A DNA stretch of 62,847 bases from Patescibacteria group bacterium (GTDB lineage Bacteria; Patescibacteriota; Patescibacteriia; SCPX01), in the NCBI GenBank assembly GCA_004298615.1, contig SCPX01000070.1, positions 1 through 62,847 on the forward strand, in the 5' to 3' direction. The translations under genes and the position numbers were made by a program. The notes under the pieces are model-generated. The model made no database searches. It was not told where the DNA came from and saw only the letters and a list, made by a program, of their open reading frames with translations. Every line of letters starts with the position of its first letter. The stretch's first letter is position 1. This document shows positions 29,700-38,156 of this stretch, piece by piece.

Positions 29700-32600
29700 A
29701 TGAAAATAAGTTTGAAATTAAAAATTAAAAGTGCAAAATTATTGAGAATCGTTTTATTATCAGCGTTTTCCTTAATTGTTGGCGGCGCGTTTTTCGGATT
29801 GGGCCTTAATAAGGCCGTGGCGCAGAATGTGTCCATTACTGGCACATTGCTTGAGCCGACGGGTCCAACAGTCGTGCCCAACGCTTATATTTCCATCCAA
29901 AATTCCAATTATTCGGTTTATCAATCGGCTTATACTGATTCCCTAGGCCGATTTTCTTTTTTAGATGCGCCGGCCGGCTCTTATACTTTGCGCATTGACG
30001 CGTATAATCAAAATTATCCCGACCCATTGCCGATTTCAGTGACCGTGACTGCCGGAGAAACAACCGACTTGGGACAAATCAGATTGAAAACCCCGAATAT
30101 TACCGGACGCATCACTGATCCGGCAGGCTCAACCGGACAGAGCAATGTTTCAGTGAATTTATCGGGCAACGGGATTTGGGATTACGCCACCACCACTTCC
30201 CAAGGAGTTTTTAATTTTTATATTGAAACAACCGGAACATATACGCTTCAAATTTACCCGGCTTACAATTCTACTTATTTTGCCACCAAACCTGATCCGT
30301 CATTTACATTTTCCGGAACCAATGTTGATTTGGGCGACATCAAATTGATGGCGCCGAATATCACGGGAAAGCTGACCCAGCCGGACGGTACGACCGCGGT
30401 TTCAGGCGCGTATGTGTCGGTTCGCGATTCAAACTGGCAATATTCCCGTTCAACCAATACGGCTTCAGACGGCGCTTTTTCTTTATACGCTCCGGCCGGA
30501 ACTTATATCCTGGAAGTGCAAGCCTGGAATTCTTCATATCCCGATCCGGCCGCGCAATCAATTACCGTCCCATCAAGCGGCATATTTGCTTTGGGAACAA
30601 TTTCGTTGAAAAATCCCAATGTCACGGGCATCTTGACCAAAATGGATGGGGTGACACCAGTAAGCGGCGCGAGCGTCAATATATCAAAAAGCGATTGGAC
30701 ATTTTACAAATATACCACCACAAACGCGAGCGGCAATTTTTCATTTTTCCTAAGCCCCTCCGGAACTTATAAAATTGAGATCTGGGCCAATGATTCGTCA
30801 GAGGCCAATCCGGCGCCAATCAGTTTTTCATACACGGCCGGAGAGACTAAGTCGTTTACCGGCGCCAGCGCTATTACTTTGAAAGCGCCGAGCATTAAAG
30901 GAAAAATTTTGAATACGGACGGCACTCCGGCGCAGTACGCGAGCATCAGCATTTATGATCAATATCGTTCGTACAATAATACTGATTGGACTTCCACGGA
31001 TTCAAACGGCGTTTTTAAAAGTAAAGCGCTGGCCGCCGGAACTTACACGATTGATGTAAATGTTTCTTCCGGATCAAACGGCGCGGGAATTGTGGCGCCG
31101 GATTCTCTGGCCGTAAGCGTCACAGCCAATGCCACAAACCTTGATTATTTTAATAATCCGATCCAATTGCAGCAAGCACAAAAAATAATTACCGGAACCG
31201 TTAGTAAACCGGACGGAACAAAAATCACCAACGCTTATGTGAATGCGTGGCGCCAGGATGGCGGATATGGTTGGGCTAATACGCAGACAGACAGTAATGG
31301 GAATTATTCCTTCAAAGTCGGCAAAGGAAAATGGCAGGTGAGCATCAGTCCGGCTTGGAGCAACGGAATTCAGCCGGATTGGAGCTATAACAAAACTCCC
31401 AAAGCCGCGGCTTTTGAGCAATCAAACTCAACGGCCGAGACGCAAACCGTTAATTTTGAAGTCACGGTGCTTGATGCGATGATTTCCGGACGGATTCTTA
31501 ACCCGGATGGCACGGCTCCGTATAGCGGCGGCGCTAGCATTAGCGCGCGCGGATCAGAAGGAATGGGCGGCGGCGCCTGGGGGCAGACCGATCCATCCGG
31601 ATATTTTACCTTGAAAGTCGGCGCCGGCACTTATTATCTTGATATTTGGACGAGCAATCAAAATTACGCGGCTCCGGATTTGACCGCCGTGACAGTCGGA
31701 TCGGGCGAAACATATGGCTTAGGAACCGTTAAACTTTTAGCAAAAAACGAATTTATCAAAGGAAAGATCACGGATTCCAATGGACAAGCTATGGCTAATC
31801 AGAGCGTCAATGCTTGGAAAGCGACCGGCTCGGGCTGGGCTTGGACGCAGACCGACAGCAGCGGAAATTACACGCTTACAGTGACTCCGGGCACTTGGAT
31901 GGTTGACGCGTGGCCCATGTATTCGGGCGGTATGAGCGGCGGAACGGGAAGCCAAACAACTTATGCTAAAATCCAATCGCCCCAAAAAGTGGCGCTCTTG
32001 GCAAACGAGACTAAAGAAAATATCAATATTACCTTTGCCATCGCGGACGCGGTTATCAATGGCACTGTTCAGGATTCTTCCGGCAATATTTTATCCGATC
32101 TTTACGCTTGGGCCGAGGCGCGCGATGCCAATCAGACGAGCGCCGGCACTGGTATGATGGGATATTATTCAAGTATGGGCGGACAGATAAGTAATGGACA
32201 ATTCAGTATAAAAGTCCCGGCCGGTACCTATGCTATCAGCGTGTATTTGCCATGGGGGTCAAATTACACGGCTTCTTCCCAAACGACCATTACGGTCGCT
32301 TCCGGAGAAATTTATGACGGAGCGAAAGTGACGGTGGTTGAAAATAACGCTACCATTTCCGGATCATTGAAAGACAGCCAGGGAAATACGGTTACGGGCG
32401 TATGGGGAACCGTGTTCGCGGACAATGGCCTGGGCGGCAAGCAGTGGGCGCAATTTGAAAACGGCGCTTACAGCTTGAAAGTTTCCGCGGGCGAATGGCG
32501 ATTGGGCTATTGGGTGGATCCGTATTCCGGATATTTGAGCAATTCCTCGGGCGATATAAAAGTGACGGCTATTGCCAACCAGACAGCGACCAAAGAGCTG

Positions 32601-35231
32601 ACAATATTAAAAGCCGATTCAACGATTTCCGGCACGGTTTTGGACGCGGATGGCAATCCTTTGAAAGGCGCTTGGGTTTCGGCTGACACGCAATTGGGAG
32701 GCCGTTCCGCCTCGGAAACAACCGGATATTATTGGGGACCGATGTTTCAGCAAGGAGCCAGCACGGATAACAATGGAAAATTTTCCATCAAAATTCCGGC
32801 CGGAGAATATTTCGTTTCAGTAACACTCCCGCCGGATCTTGGATACATGAATCCCAAGGCAGAGAAAGTGATCGTGGACGCAAAAAATCCGGCCACCGTT
32901 GATCTGCGATTCAGAAAATCTGACGCGTCAATTTCCGGAAGCGTTACATTAAACGGAACAGCATCTTCAGCGTATGTTTGGGCATGGTCGGAGGAGGGCG
33001 GAATTTCCGAAGTTTATACCACCACCGGCGCCTATCAAATAAATGTGATTAAAAACGAAGCTTGGCATATTGGCGCGATTTATGAAACCAACTCTACTTT
33101 TTACCGCAGCCCCGAATACACGGTTAATGTGCCGGACAGCGGGACAGCTTCGCAAAATTTAATTTTGGCATCAACCGATATTTCCATTCCGCCGGCTGAA
33201 ATAGCGACTTTTGATTCCACCAAAGCCAAAACCGTCAAACTTTCCGACAACACGGAAATCAATATTCCGGCCTATGCCCTGGCCTCATCCGGCAATGTGA
33301 CAGTAACCGCCACGCCCAAAGCTCAAATCGCTTCAACGGCGACCGCCAAGCCGATCGCCTTGGCTTACGATCTGGAAGCAAAAGACGGCCAGAATCAAAC
33401 AATCGCATCATTTGATTCCGATGTGACGATCACCCTCGCGTACGCTGACGCGCAATTACTCGCGCTGGGAATCACGGAAGATGAAATTATTCCGATGTAT
33501 TATGATACGACGGCCGGAGCTTGGAAAAATGTAAGCAATGTGGTGATTGACAAGGATAATAATAAAATATCGTTCACGGTCAATCATTTCACGAGTTTTG
33601 CGATCACGACCGGTGCGGTAAGCAAGACCGTGAGCGTTGCATTGTCTTTGGCGCTGGCGAGCCCGGCGGACAATTCTTCAACAACAGTTGATTCGGTGCT
33701 GGTGGCAGGCACGGTATCAGACAGCGCCGCTGCGGTATCGGTAAAATTAAATGGCGGCGAAGCTGTCCCAATTACGGCTGGCTCTGATGGATCTTTCTCA
33801 AAAATCATCACCGGACTTAAAAACGGAGTCAATACTATTCAGGTGGACGCCATCAAAGGAGTTGATTCGGCAACCATATCCCGTACTGTTAAATTTTCGG
33901 TCAATTCTTTGGAAGGTAGCAAATCAGCGGCAACGGGAATTGAATTGGAAATCGTGGCAACCACGGCAACCGGTTCGTCCCAAGTGCGCGTGTTTGACAG
34001 GAACGGAAACCTGAAGGCGCAATTTTTCGCTTTTAATAAAAAATTTCGCGGAAATTTCAAAGTGATTACGGCCGACATTGACGGCGACGGCTATAAAGAA
34101 ATCATTGCCTTTACGGGCGCAGGTTTCGGCCCGCAAATCAGAGTATTTGATCATCGTGGAAATTTGCTTACTCAATTTTTCGCGTATCAAAAAAGTTTCC
34201 GCGGAGGCATTGAAATAACCGCGGCCGATATCAATGGCGACGGCCGGGCCGATTTGGTCGTAAAGCCTTTGTCCGGCAGCTCAAATGTTCGCGCATACAC
34301 CTATAATTCTTCAACCAAAAAATTCGCGCTTCTGGATTGGTTTATGGCTTATGCCGATAAATTCAGAGGTAAAATAAATTTGACCGTTGCCGATATTGAC
34401 GGGGACGGCAAAGCGGAAATAATTACCGTGCCGGAAAATGCGGGCGGCCCCAATGTGCGGATTTATTCTTACAATTCAGCGACCTCAAAAATAGAATTGC
34501 TGGATTGGTTTATGGCTTACGGCAACGGCTTCCGCGGCGGAGTAAATTTGGCAGTCGGCGATGTTAATGGCGATGGATTGTTGGAAATTATCACCGCGCC
34601 CCAAGGCGGCGGAGGACCCAATGTGCGCGCGTATCAATACAATTCTTCCACGAAAAAATTCAGCCTGCTCTCTTGGTTTATGGCCTATGGCGAAAAATTC
34701 CGCGGCGGAGTAAATATCAAATTGGCCGACATTGACGGCGACGACGATATTGAGATCATCACGACTCCGGCAAATTCTGGAGGGCCAAATGTTAGAGCGT
34801 ATAGATACAATTCGGCAAGCGGCCAGTTTGATCTTGTAGATTGGTTTATGGCTTATGATGCAAATTCGCGGGGAGGAGTGGATGTAAGCATTGGCGATGT
34901 TGACGGGAATGGCAAATCGGAAATTATAACATTGCTGCGCTCACAGGGAGGATTAAATATGCGAGCCTATCAATATAATTCAACCAGCGGCCAAATGGAA
35001 ATGCTTGATTCGGCAACGGCCTACAACGCCAATTTCAGCGGACAGGTTGAAGTGAAAACAGCCGATCTAAACGGCGATGGCGATTCGGAAATAATCGCCG
35101 TACCGATAAAATCCGGCGCGCCCAATGTGCGGGTCTACGATCTGGCCAACGGAAAATTAAACCTGGTCAAATCATTTGCCGCCTACGGATCAAATTTTAG
35201 AGGGGGAGTGAGAGTGGTAACGGGGAGGTGA
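29700..35231 (+). CDS. giant (1843 aa) surface protein: signal peptide, about 15 carboxypeptidase-regulatory-like Ig-fold repeats, C-terminal 7x FG-GAP/VCBS repeats
   Basis: Recurrent ITG.I...G......V......T.TDS.G.F.F....G.Y.L units. The C-terminus repeats ADIDGDGKAEII....GGPNVRAY.YN every 55-57 aa. SD ggagg is upstream. Confidence 0.8.
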   Translation: MKISLKLKIKSAKLLRIVLLSAFSLIVGGAFFGLGLNKAVAQNVSITGTLLEPTGPTVVPNAYISIQNSNYSVYQSAYTDSLGRFSFLDAPAGSYTLRIDAYNQNYPDPLPISVTVTAGETTDLGQIRLKTPNITGRITDPAGSTGQSNVSVNLSGNGIWDYATTTSQGVFNFYIETTGTYTLQIYPAYNSTYFATKPDPSFTFSGTNVDLGDIKLMAPNITGKLTQPDGTTAVSGAYVSVRDSNWQYSRSTNTASDGAFSLYAPAGTYILEVQAWNSSYPDPAAQSITVPSSGIFALGTISLKNPNVTGILTKMDGVTPVSGASVNISKSDWTFYKYTTTNASGNFSFFLSPSGTYKIEIWANDSSEANPAPISFSYTAGETKSFTGASAITLKAPSIKGKILNTDGTPAQYASISIYDQYRSYNNTDWTSTDSNGVFKSKALAAGTYTIDVNVSSGSNGAGIVAPDSLAVSVTANATNLDYFNNPIQLQQAQKIITGTVSKPDGTKITNAYVNAWRQDGGYGWANTQTDSNGNYSFKVGKGKWQVSISPAWSNGIQPDWSYNKTPKAAAFEQSNSTAETQTVNFEVTVLDAMISGRILNPDGTAPYSGGASISARGSEGMGGGAWGQTDPSGYFTLKVGAGTYYLDIWTSNQNYAAPDLTAVTVGSGETYGLGTVKLLAKNEFIKGKITDSNGQAMANQSVNAWKATGSGWAWTQTDSSGNYTLTVTPGTWMVDAWPMYSGGMSGGTGSQTTYAKIQSPQKVALLANETKENINITFAIADAVINGTVQDSSGNILSDLYAWAEARDANQTSAGTGMMGYYSSMGGQISNGQFSIKVPAGTYAISVYLPWGSNYTASSQTTITVASGEIYDGAKVTVVENNATISGSLKDSQGNTVTGVWGTVFADNGLGGKQWAQFENGAYSLKVSAGEWRLGYWVDPYSGYLSNSSGDIKVTAIANQTATKELTILKADSTISGTVLDADGNPLKGAWVSADTQLGGRSASETTGYYWGPMFQQGASTDNNGKFSIKIPAGEYFVSVTLPPDLGYMNPKAEKVIVDAKNPATVDLRFRKSDASISGSVTLNGTASSAYVWAWSEEGGISEVYTTTGAYQINVIKNEAWHIGAIYETNSTFYRSPEYTVNVPDSGTASQNLILASTDISIPPAEIATFDSTKAKTVKLSDNTEINIPAYALASSGNVTVTATPKAQIASTATAKPIALAYDLEAKDGQNQTIASFDSDVTITLAYADAQLLALGITEDEIIPMYYDTTAGAWKNVSNVVIDKDNNKISFTVNHFTSFAITTGAVSKTVSVALSLALASPADNSSTTVDSVLVAGTVSDSAAAVSVKLNGGEAVPITAGSDGSFSKIITGLKNGVNTIQVDAIKGVDSATISRTVKFSVNSLEGSKSAATGIELEIVATTATGSSQVRVFDRNGNLKAQFFAFNKKFRGNFKVITADIDGDGYKEIIAFTGAGFGPQIRVFDHRGNLLTQFFAYQKSFRGGIEITAADINGDGRADLVVKPLSGSSNVRAYTYNSSTKKFALLDWFMAYADKFRGKINLTVADIDGDGKAEIITVPENAGGPNVRIYSYNSATSKIELLDWFMAYGNGFRGGVNLAVGDVNGDGLLEIITAPQGGGGPNVRAYQYNSSTKKFSLLSWFMAYGEKFRGGVNIKLADIDGDDDIEIITTPANSGGPNVRAYRYNSASGQFDLVDWFMAYDANSRGGVDVSIGDVDGNGKSEIITLLRSQGGLNMRAYQYNSTSGQMEMLDSATAYNANFSGQVEVKTADLNGDGDSEIIAVPIKSGAPNVRVYDLANGKLNLVKSFAAYGSNFRGGVRVVTGR

Positions 35232-35242
35232 TTTGGATATTT

Positions 35243-35275
35243 AAGTCCCGAGACATAAGTCTCGGGACTTTTTAT
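35243..35275 (+). terminator. intrinsic terminator after the giant surface-protein gene
   Basis: aagtcccgagac ataa gtctcgggactt forms a 12-bp perfect stem, followed by ttttatttt. Confidence 0.9.
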
Positions 35276-35332
35276 TTTAACAATATTTTTGATATAATGT
35301 CAGTATTATAGATTATTATAATTTTTATTTTT

Positions 35333-35623
35333 ATGGCTGAAGAAAAATCGGAAAAACCGGGCATTAACATTAAAATCAACGACGAAGTTTTGAAAGGCGT
35401 TTATTCCAACACAATGCAGGTATTGCACACCAAAGAAGAATTTGTGATAGATTTTATGGATGTATTCCCGCCCAATGGGATTGTGGCCGCGCGCGTCATT
35501 ACTTCGCCCGGGCATATGAAGCGCATTGCCCGCGCTTTGCAGGAAAATCTGGCCAAATACGAAACCAAATTCGGCGCGATTGAAGAATCCAAAGCCCCGC
35601 CGGTGCAATTTCGAGAAGAATAA
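35333..35623 (+). CDS. DUF3467 domain protein
   Basis: INIKINDEVLKGVYSNTMQVLHTKEEFVIDFMDVFPP...ARVITSPGHMKRIARALQENL resembles DUF3467. Confidence 0.7.
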   Translation: MAEEKSEKPGINIKINDEVLKGVYSNTMQVLHTKEEFVIDFMDVFPPNGIVAARVITSPGHMKRIARALQENLAKYETKFGAIEESKAPPVQFREE

Positions 35624-35668
35624 AACCGCAGAATGCCGCAAAACAAGTGCGCAAAATTACGCGGAAAT

Positions 35669-35697
35669 TTGCTAAAAGGCGAAAAATTTGGTATACT
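35669..35697 (+). promoter_or_regulatory. promoter (TTGCTA, 17 nt spacer, TGgTATACT)
   Basis: ttgcta at 35669-35674; tatact at 35692-35697 preceded by tgg. Confidence 0.5.
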
Positions 35698-35751
35698 ATA
35701 AATAATAAAACATAAAACTTGAATTATGAAACAAGTCGGTTGAGTTTCAAG

Positions 35752-36240
35752 ATGCAAGATATAAGATTTATGAAAGACACTGATCATCCTATTTTTGAAT
35801 ACAGCGAAATCACTTCGCAGATTTACATCGGGGCAAATGCCTGCTGTAAAGTTCATTTGAAAGACGAATTGGTTCATAAAGGAATTGGCGCGGAAATTAA
35901 TTTGGAGGAAAATGAAACGGAAACGCCTATAGGTTTGGAAGCTTATTTGTGGTTGCCGACCAGAGATGATTTTGCGCCCAATTTCGCGCAATTGGAAATC
36001 GGCGTGAGAGCCCTAGAAGGGTTGATCAGGCACAATAAAAAAGTTTTGGTGCATTGCCTAAACGGCCACGGCCGTTCGCCTACGCTGGTGATCGCTTATT
36101 TTTTAGCCCAAGGCTGGACTTTGGAAGACGCGCTGAAATTGATTAAAGAAAAGCGGCCGGAAATTCATCTGACTGATTATCAATTGCGCGCCTTGGAAGA
36201 GTGGAAAGAATGGATTAAAAATACGCGCACACATCGTTAG
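35752..36240 (+). CDS. dual-specificity protein phosphatase (Cys-based, HCX5R)
   Basis: VHCLNGHGRSPT active-site loop. ATG 35752 is preferred over TTG 35719. Confidence 0.75.
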   Translation: MQDIRFMKDTDHPIFEYSEITSQIYIGANACCKVHLKDELVHKGIGAEINLEENETETPIGLEAYLWLPTRDDFAPNFAQLEIGVRALEGLIRHNKKVLVHCLNGHGRSPTLVIAYFLAQGWTLEDALKLIKEKRPEIHLTDYQLRALEEWKEWIKNTRTHR

Positions 36241-36322
36241 TTGGTAGAGAGTAGTGAGTAGTTTGTAGTCGCCAATCGACTTTCATACTACCAACTACCA
36301 ACTACCAACTACCAACTACACT
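36241..36322. repeat. heptad tandem repeats in inverted arrangement (nnngtag x4, then ctaccaa x4-5)
   Basis: ttggtag|agagtag|tgagtag|tttgtag tcgccaatcga ctttcat|actacca|actacca|actacca|actacca|actacac. Confidence 0.75.
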
Positions 36323-36775
36323 ATGACAATCTTTCTCGGCTCGGACCACGCCGGATTTAAATTAAAAGAAATAATTTTAGAATATTTGGTAAAAAACGGT
36401 TATCAAGTTAAAGATCTTGGCAACCATAATTTGTCGCCCAATGACGACTACCCGGATTATGCGGCAAAAGCGGCTAGAGCGGTGCAAAAAAATTTGAAAT
36501 CCGATAGAGGAATCTTGATCTGCGGATCGGGGCAGGGCGTATGTATGACCGCCAATAAATTCAAAGGCATAAGAGCAGCGTTGGGTTACAGTATTGCGGC
36601 CGCCAAACAATCCCGCGCCCACGGGGATTCCAATGTTTTATGCCTCCCGGGTCTGGGATTAAATCAAGACCAAGCGAAAAAAATCGTAAACGCATGGCTC
36701 AAAGAAAAGTTTTCCGGCGAAGCAAGGCATAAAAGAAGATTAAAAAAAATTGCGAAGATTGAAAAAAGTAATTAA
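36323..36775 (+). CDS. rpiB: ribose-5-phosphate isomerase B
   Basis: MTIFLGSDHAGFKLKE...ILICGSGQGVCMTANKFKGIRAAL...AHGDSNVLCL. Confidence 0.92.
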   Translation: MTIFLGSDHAGFKLKEIILEYLVKNGYQVKDLGNHNLSPNDDYPDYAAKAARAVQKNLKSDRGILICGSGQGVCMTANKFKGIRAALGYSIAAAKQSRAHGDSNVLCLPGLGLNQDQAKKIVNAWLKEKFSGEARHKRRLKKIAKIEKSN

Positions 36776-36855
36776 ATTATTTAAACAAGCTCGCGGGTTA
36801 ACCGGTTCAACTCGTTAACGCGTTAACTCGTTAATAAAATAATAAATAGTCAAAT

Positions 36856-37428
36856 ATGAAATACAAAATTTGCGTATCGGGGGCGGCCGTGAATATTTGC
36901 GGACCGAAAATGGAAAAATTATCTTTGGAAATCGGAAAAGAAATAGCCCGTCAAGGGCAAGTGCTGATAAACGGCGCGACCACCGGCCTGCCGGCTGTGG
37001 CGGCCAAGGGCGCTAAGATGGAAAAAGGCGTGTGTATCGGAATCTCGCCGGCCATGGGCTTGCGCGAACATATTGGCAAATACCGCTTGCCGACGGAAAA
37101 TCTGGATTTGATTGTTTATACCGGATTCGGCTATACCGGAAGAAATTTGTTTTTAATCCGCTCGTCTGATGCCGTGGTTTTCGTGTGCGGCCGGATCGGC
37201 ACGCTCAATGAATTCACGAGCGCTTTTGAGGACAGGAAGCCGATCGGCATTTTGCTCGGCAGCGGCGGCACCACCGAATACTTTGATGATATTATACGGA
37301 CAGCCAAGCGTGGCAACGGATTTGTGATTTACGATGCGGACCCCAAGATGCTGATCAAACGGCTGATCAAGCTCACGGCCGAAATGCAGAATAATCACAA
37401 CAAAAAGAAAGGACCGAAGAAAGGATAA
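36856..37428 (+). CDS. TIGR00725/LOG-like Rossmann-fold nucleotide-binding protein
   Basis: ICVSGAA...EIGKEIARQGQVLINGATTGLPAVAAKGA...VFVCGRIGTLNEFTSAF. Confidence 0.65.
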   Translation: MKYKICVSGAAVNICGPKMEKLSLEIGKEIARQGQVLINGATTGLPAVAAKGAKMEKGVCIGISPAMGLREHIGKYRLPTENLDLIVYTGFGYTGRNLFLIRSSDAVVFVCGRIGTLNEFTSAFEDRKPIGILLGSGGTTEYFDDIIRTAKRGNGFVIYDADPKMLIKRLIKLTAEMQNNHNKKKGPKKG

Positions 37429-37515
37429 TTGTTAGTTAGCAGGTGGTAGCAAGTAGTGAGTAGAATTAAATTTACTCAAACAACTATAAACTACCAACTA
37501 CAAACTACTTACTAA
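37429..37515. repeat. low-complexity inverted module (gtag words / ctac words)
   Basis: ttgttagttagcaggtggtagcaagtagtgagtag ... tactcaaacaactataaactaccaactacaaactacttactaa. Confidence 0.7.
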
Positions 37516-37517
37516 AT

Positions 37518-38156
37518 ATCATCATTGAAATCGTCCCCGCTATCTTAAGCCATAATCTTGCTGATGCTCAAAATAAAATCAAGCTGGTTGAGCCGCTTGT
37601 TCGGCGCGTCCAGATTGATGTGATGGACGGACAATTTGTGGACAATGAAACCCTCTCGGTTAACGAGTATGCGAGTATTAAAACGCCTCTGATTCGCGAG
37701 GCGCAATTAATGGTAAAAAATCCCGAGGCCTATTTGAACGATTGTAAAAATTTCGGCATTGATTTGGTGGAATTTCATTTGGAATCAAACGGCAATCCGT
37801 GGAGCGTTATTCAAAAAGCAAAATCTTTGGGATTAAAAATCGGGATCGCCTTGAATCCGGACACGCCATTGGAAATGGCGAGAGAGTATTTGCAATCAAT
37901 AGATTTGGTTTTGTTGATGAGCGTTAAACCCGGATTTGGCGGACAAGAATTTTTACCCCGGACCATTGAAAGAATAAAACTTTTGCGCGCGATGTGGCCC
38001 AATGGAATCATTGAAGTGGATGGTGGACTTAAAAAGGGCATAGCGGGCGAATGCGCAAAAGCCGGAGCGAATTTTTTAGTGGTGGGATCGGGAATTTTTG
38101 GCCAAGAAAACCCCGCGCAAACATTGGAAGAATTGCAAAAAGAAATTAAAATATGA
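37518..38156 (+). CDS. rpe: ribulose-phosphate 3-epimerase family protein; the conserved N-terminus precedes any canonical start (probable ATC/ATT start)
   Basis: The frame is open from 37470. IIEIVPAILSHNLADAQNKI...VQIDVMDGQFVDNET matches the family N-terminus and signature. The first ATG/GTG in frame is at 37620, inside the signature. Also LMSVKPGFGGQEF and EVDGG. Confidence 0.7.
   Translation: MIIEIVPAILSHNLADAQNKIKLVEPLVRRVQIDVMDGQFVDNETLSVNEYASIKTPLIREAQLMVKNPEAYLNDCKNFGIDLVEFHLESNGNPWSVIQKAKSLGLKIGIALNPDTPLEMAREYLQSIDLVLLMSVKPGFGGQEFLPRTIERIKLLRAMWPNGIIEVDGGLKKGIAGECAKAGANFLVVGSGIFGQENPAQTLEELQKEIKI

Noticed and set aside
35243-35270. Terminator stem gtcccgagac/gtctcgggac as an outlying member of the guide-array stem families
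   Set aside because: It has only a 4-nt loop followed by a T-run and lacks the GA-10-nt interior. The resemblance to the A and B stems is likely coincidental.
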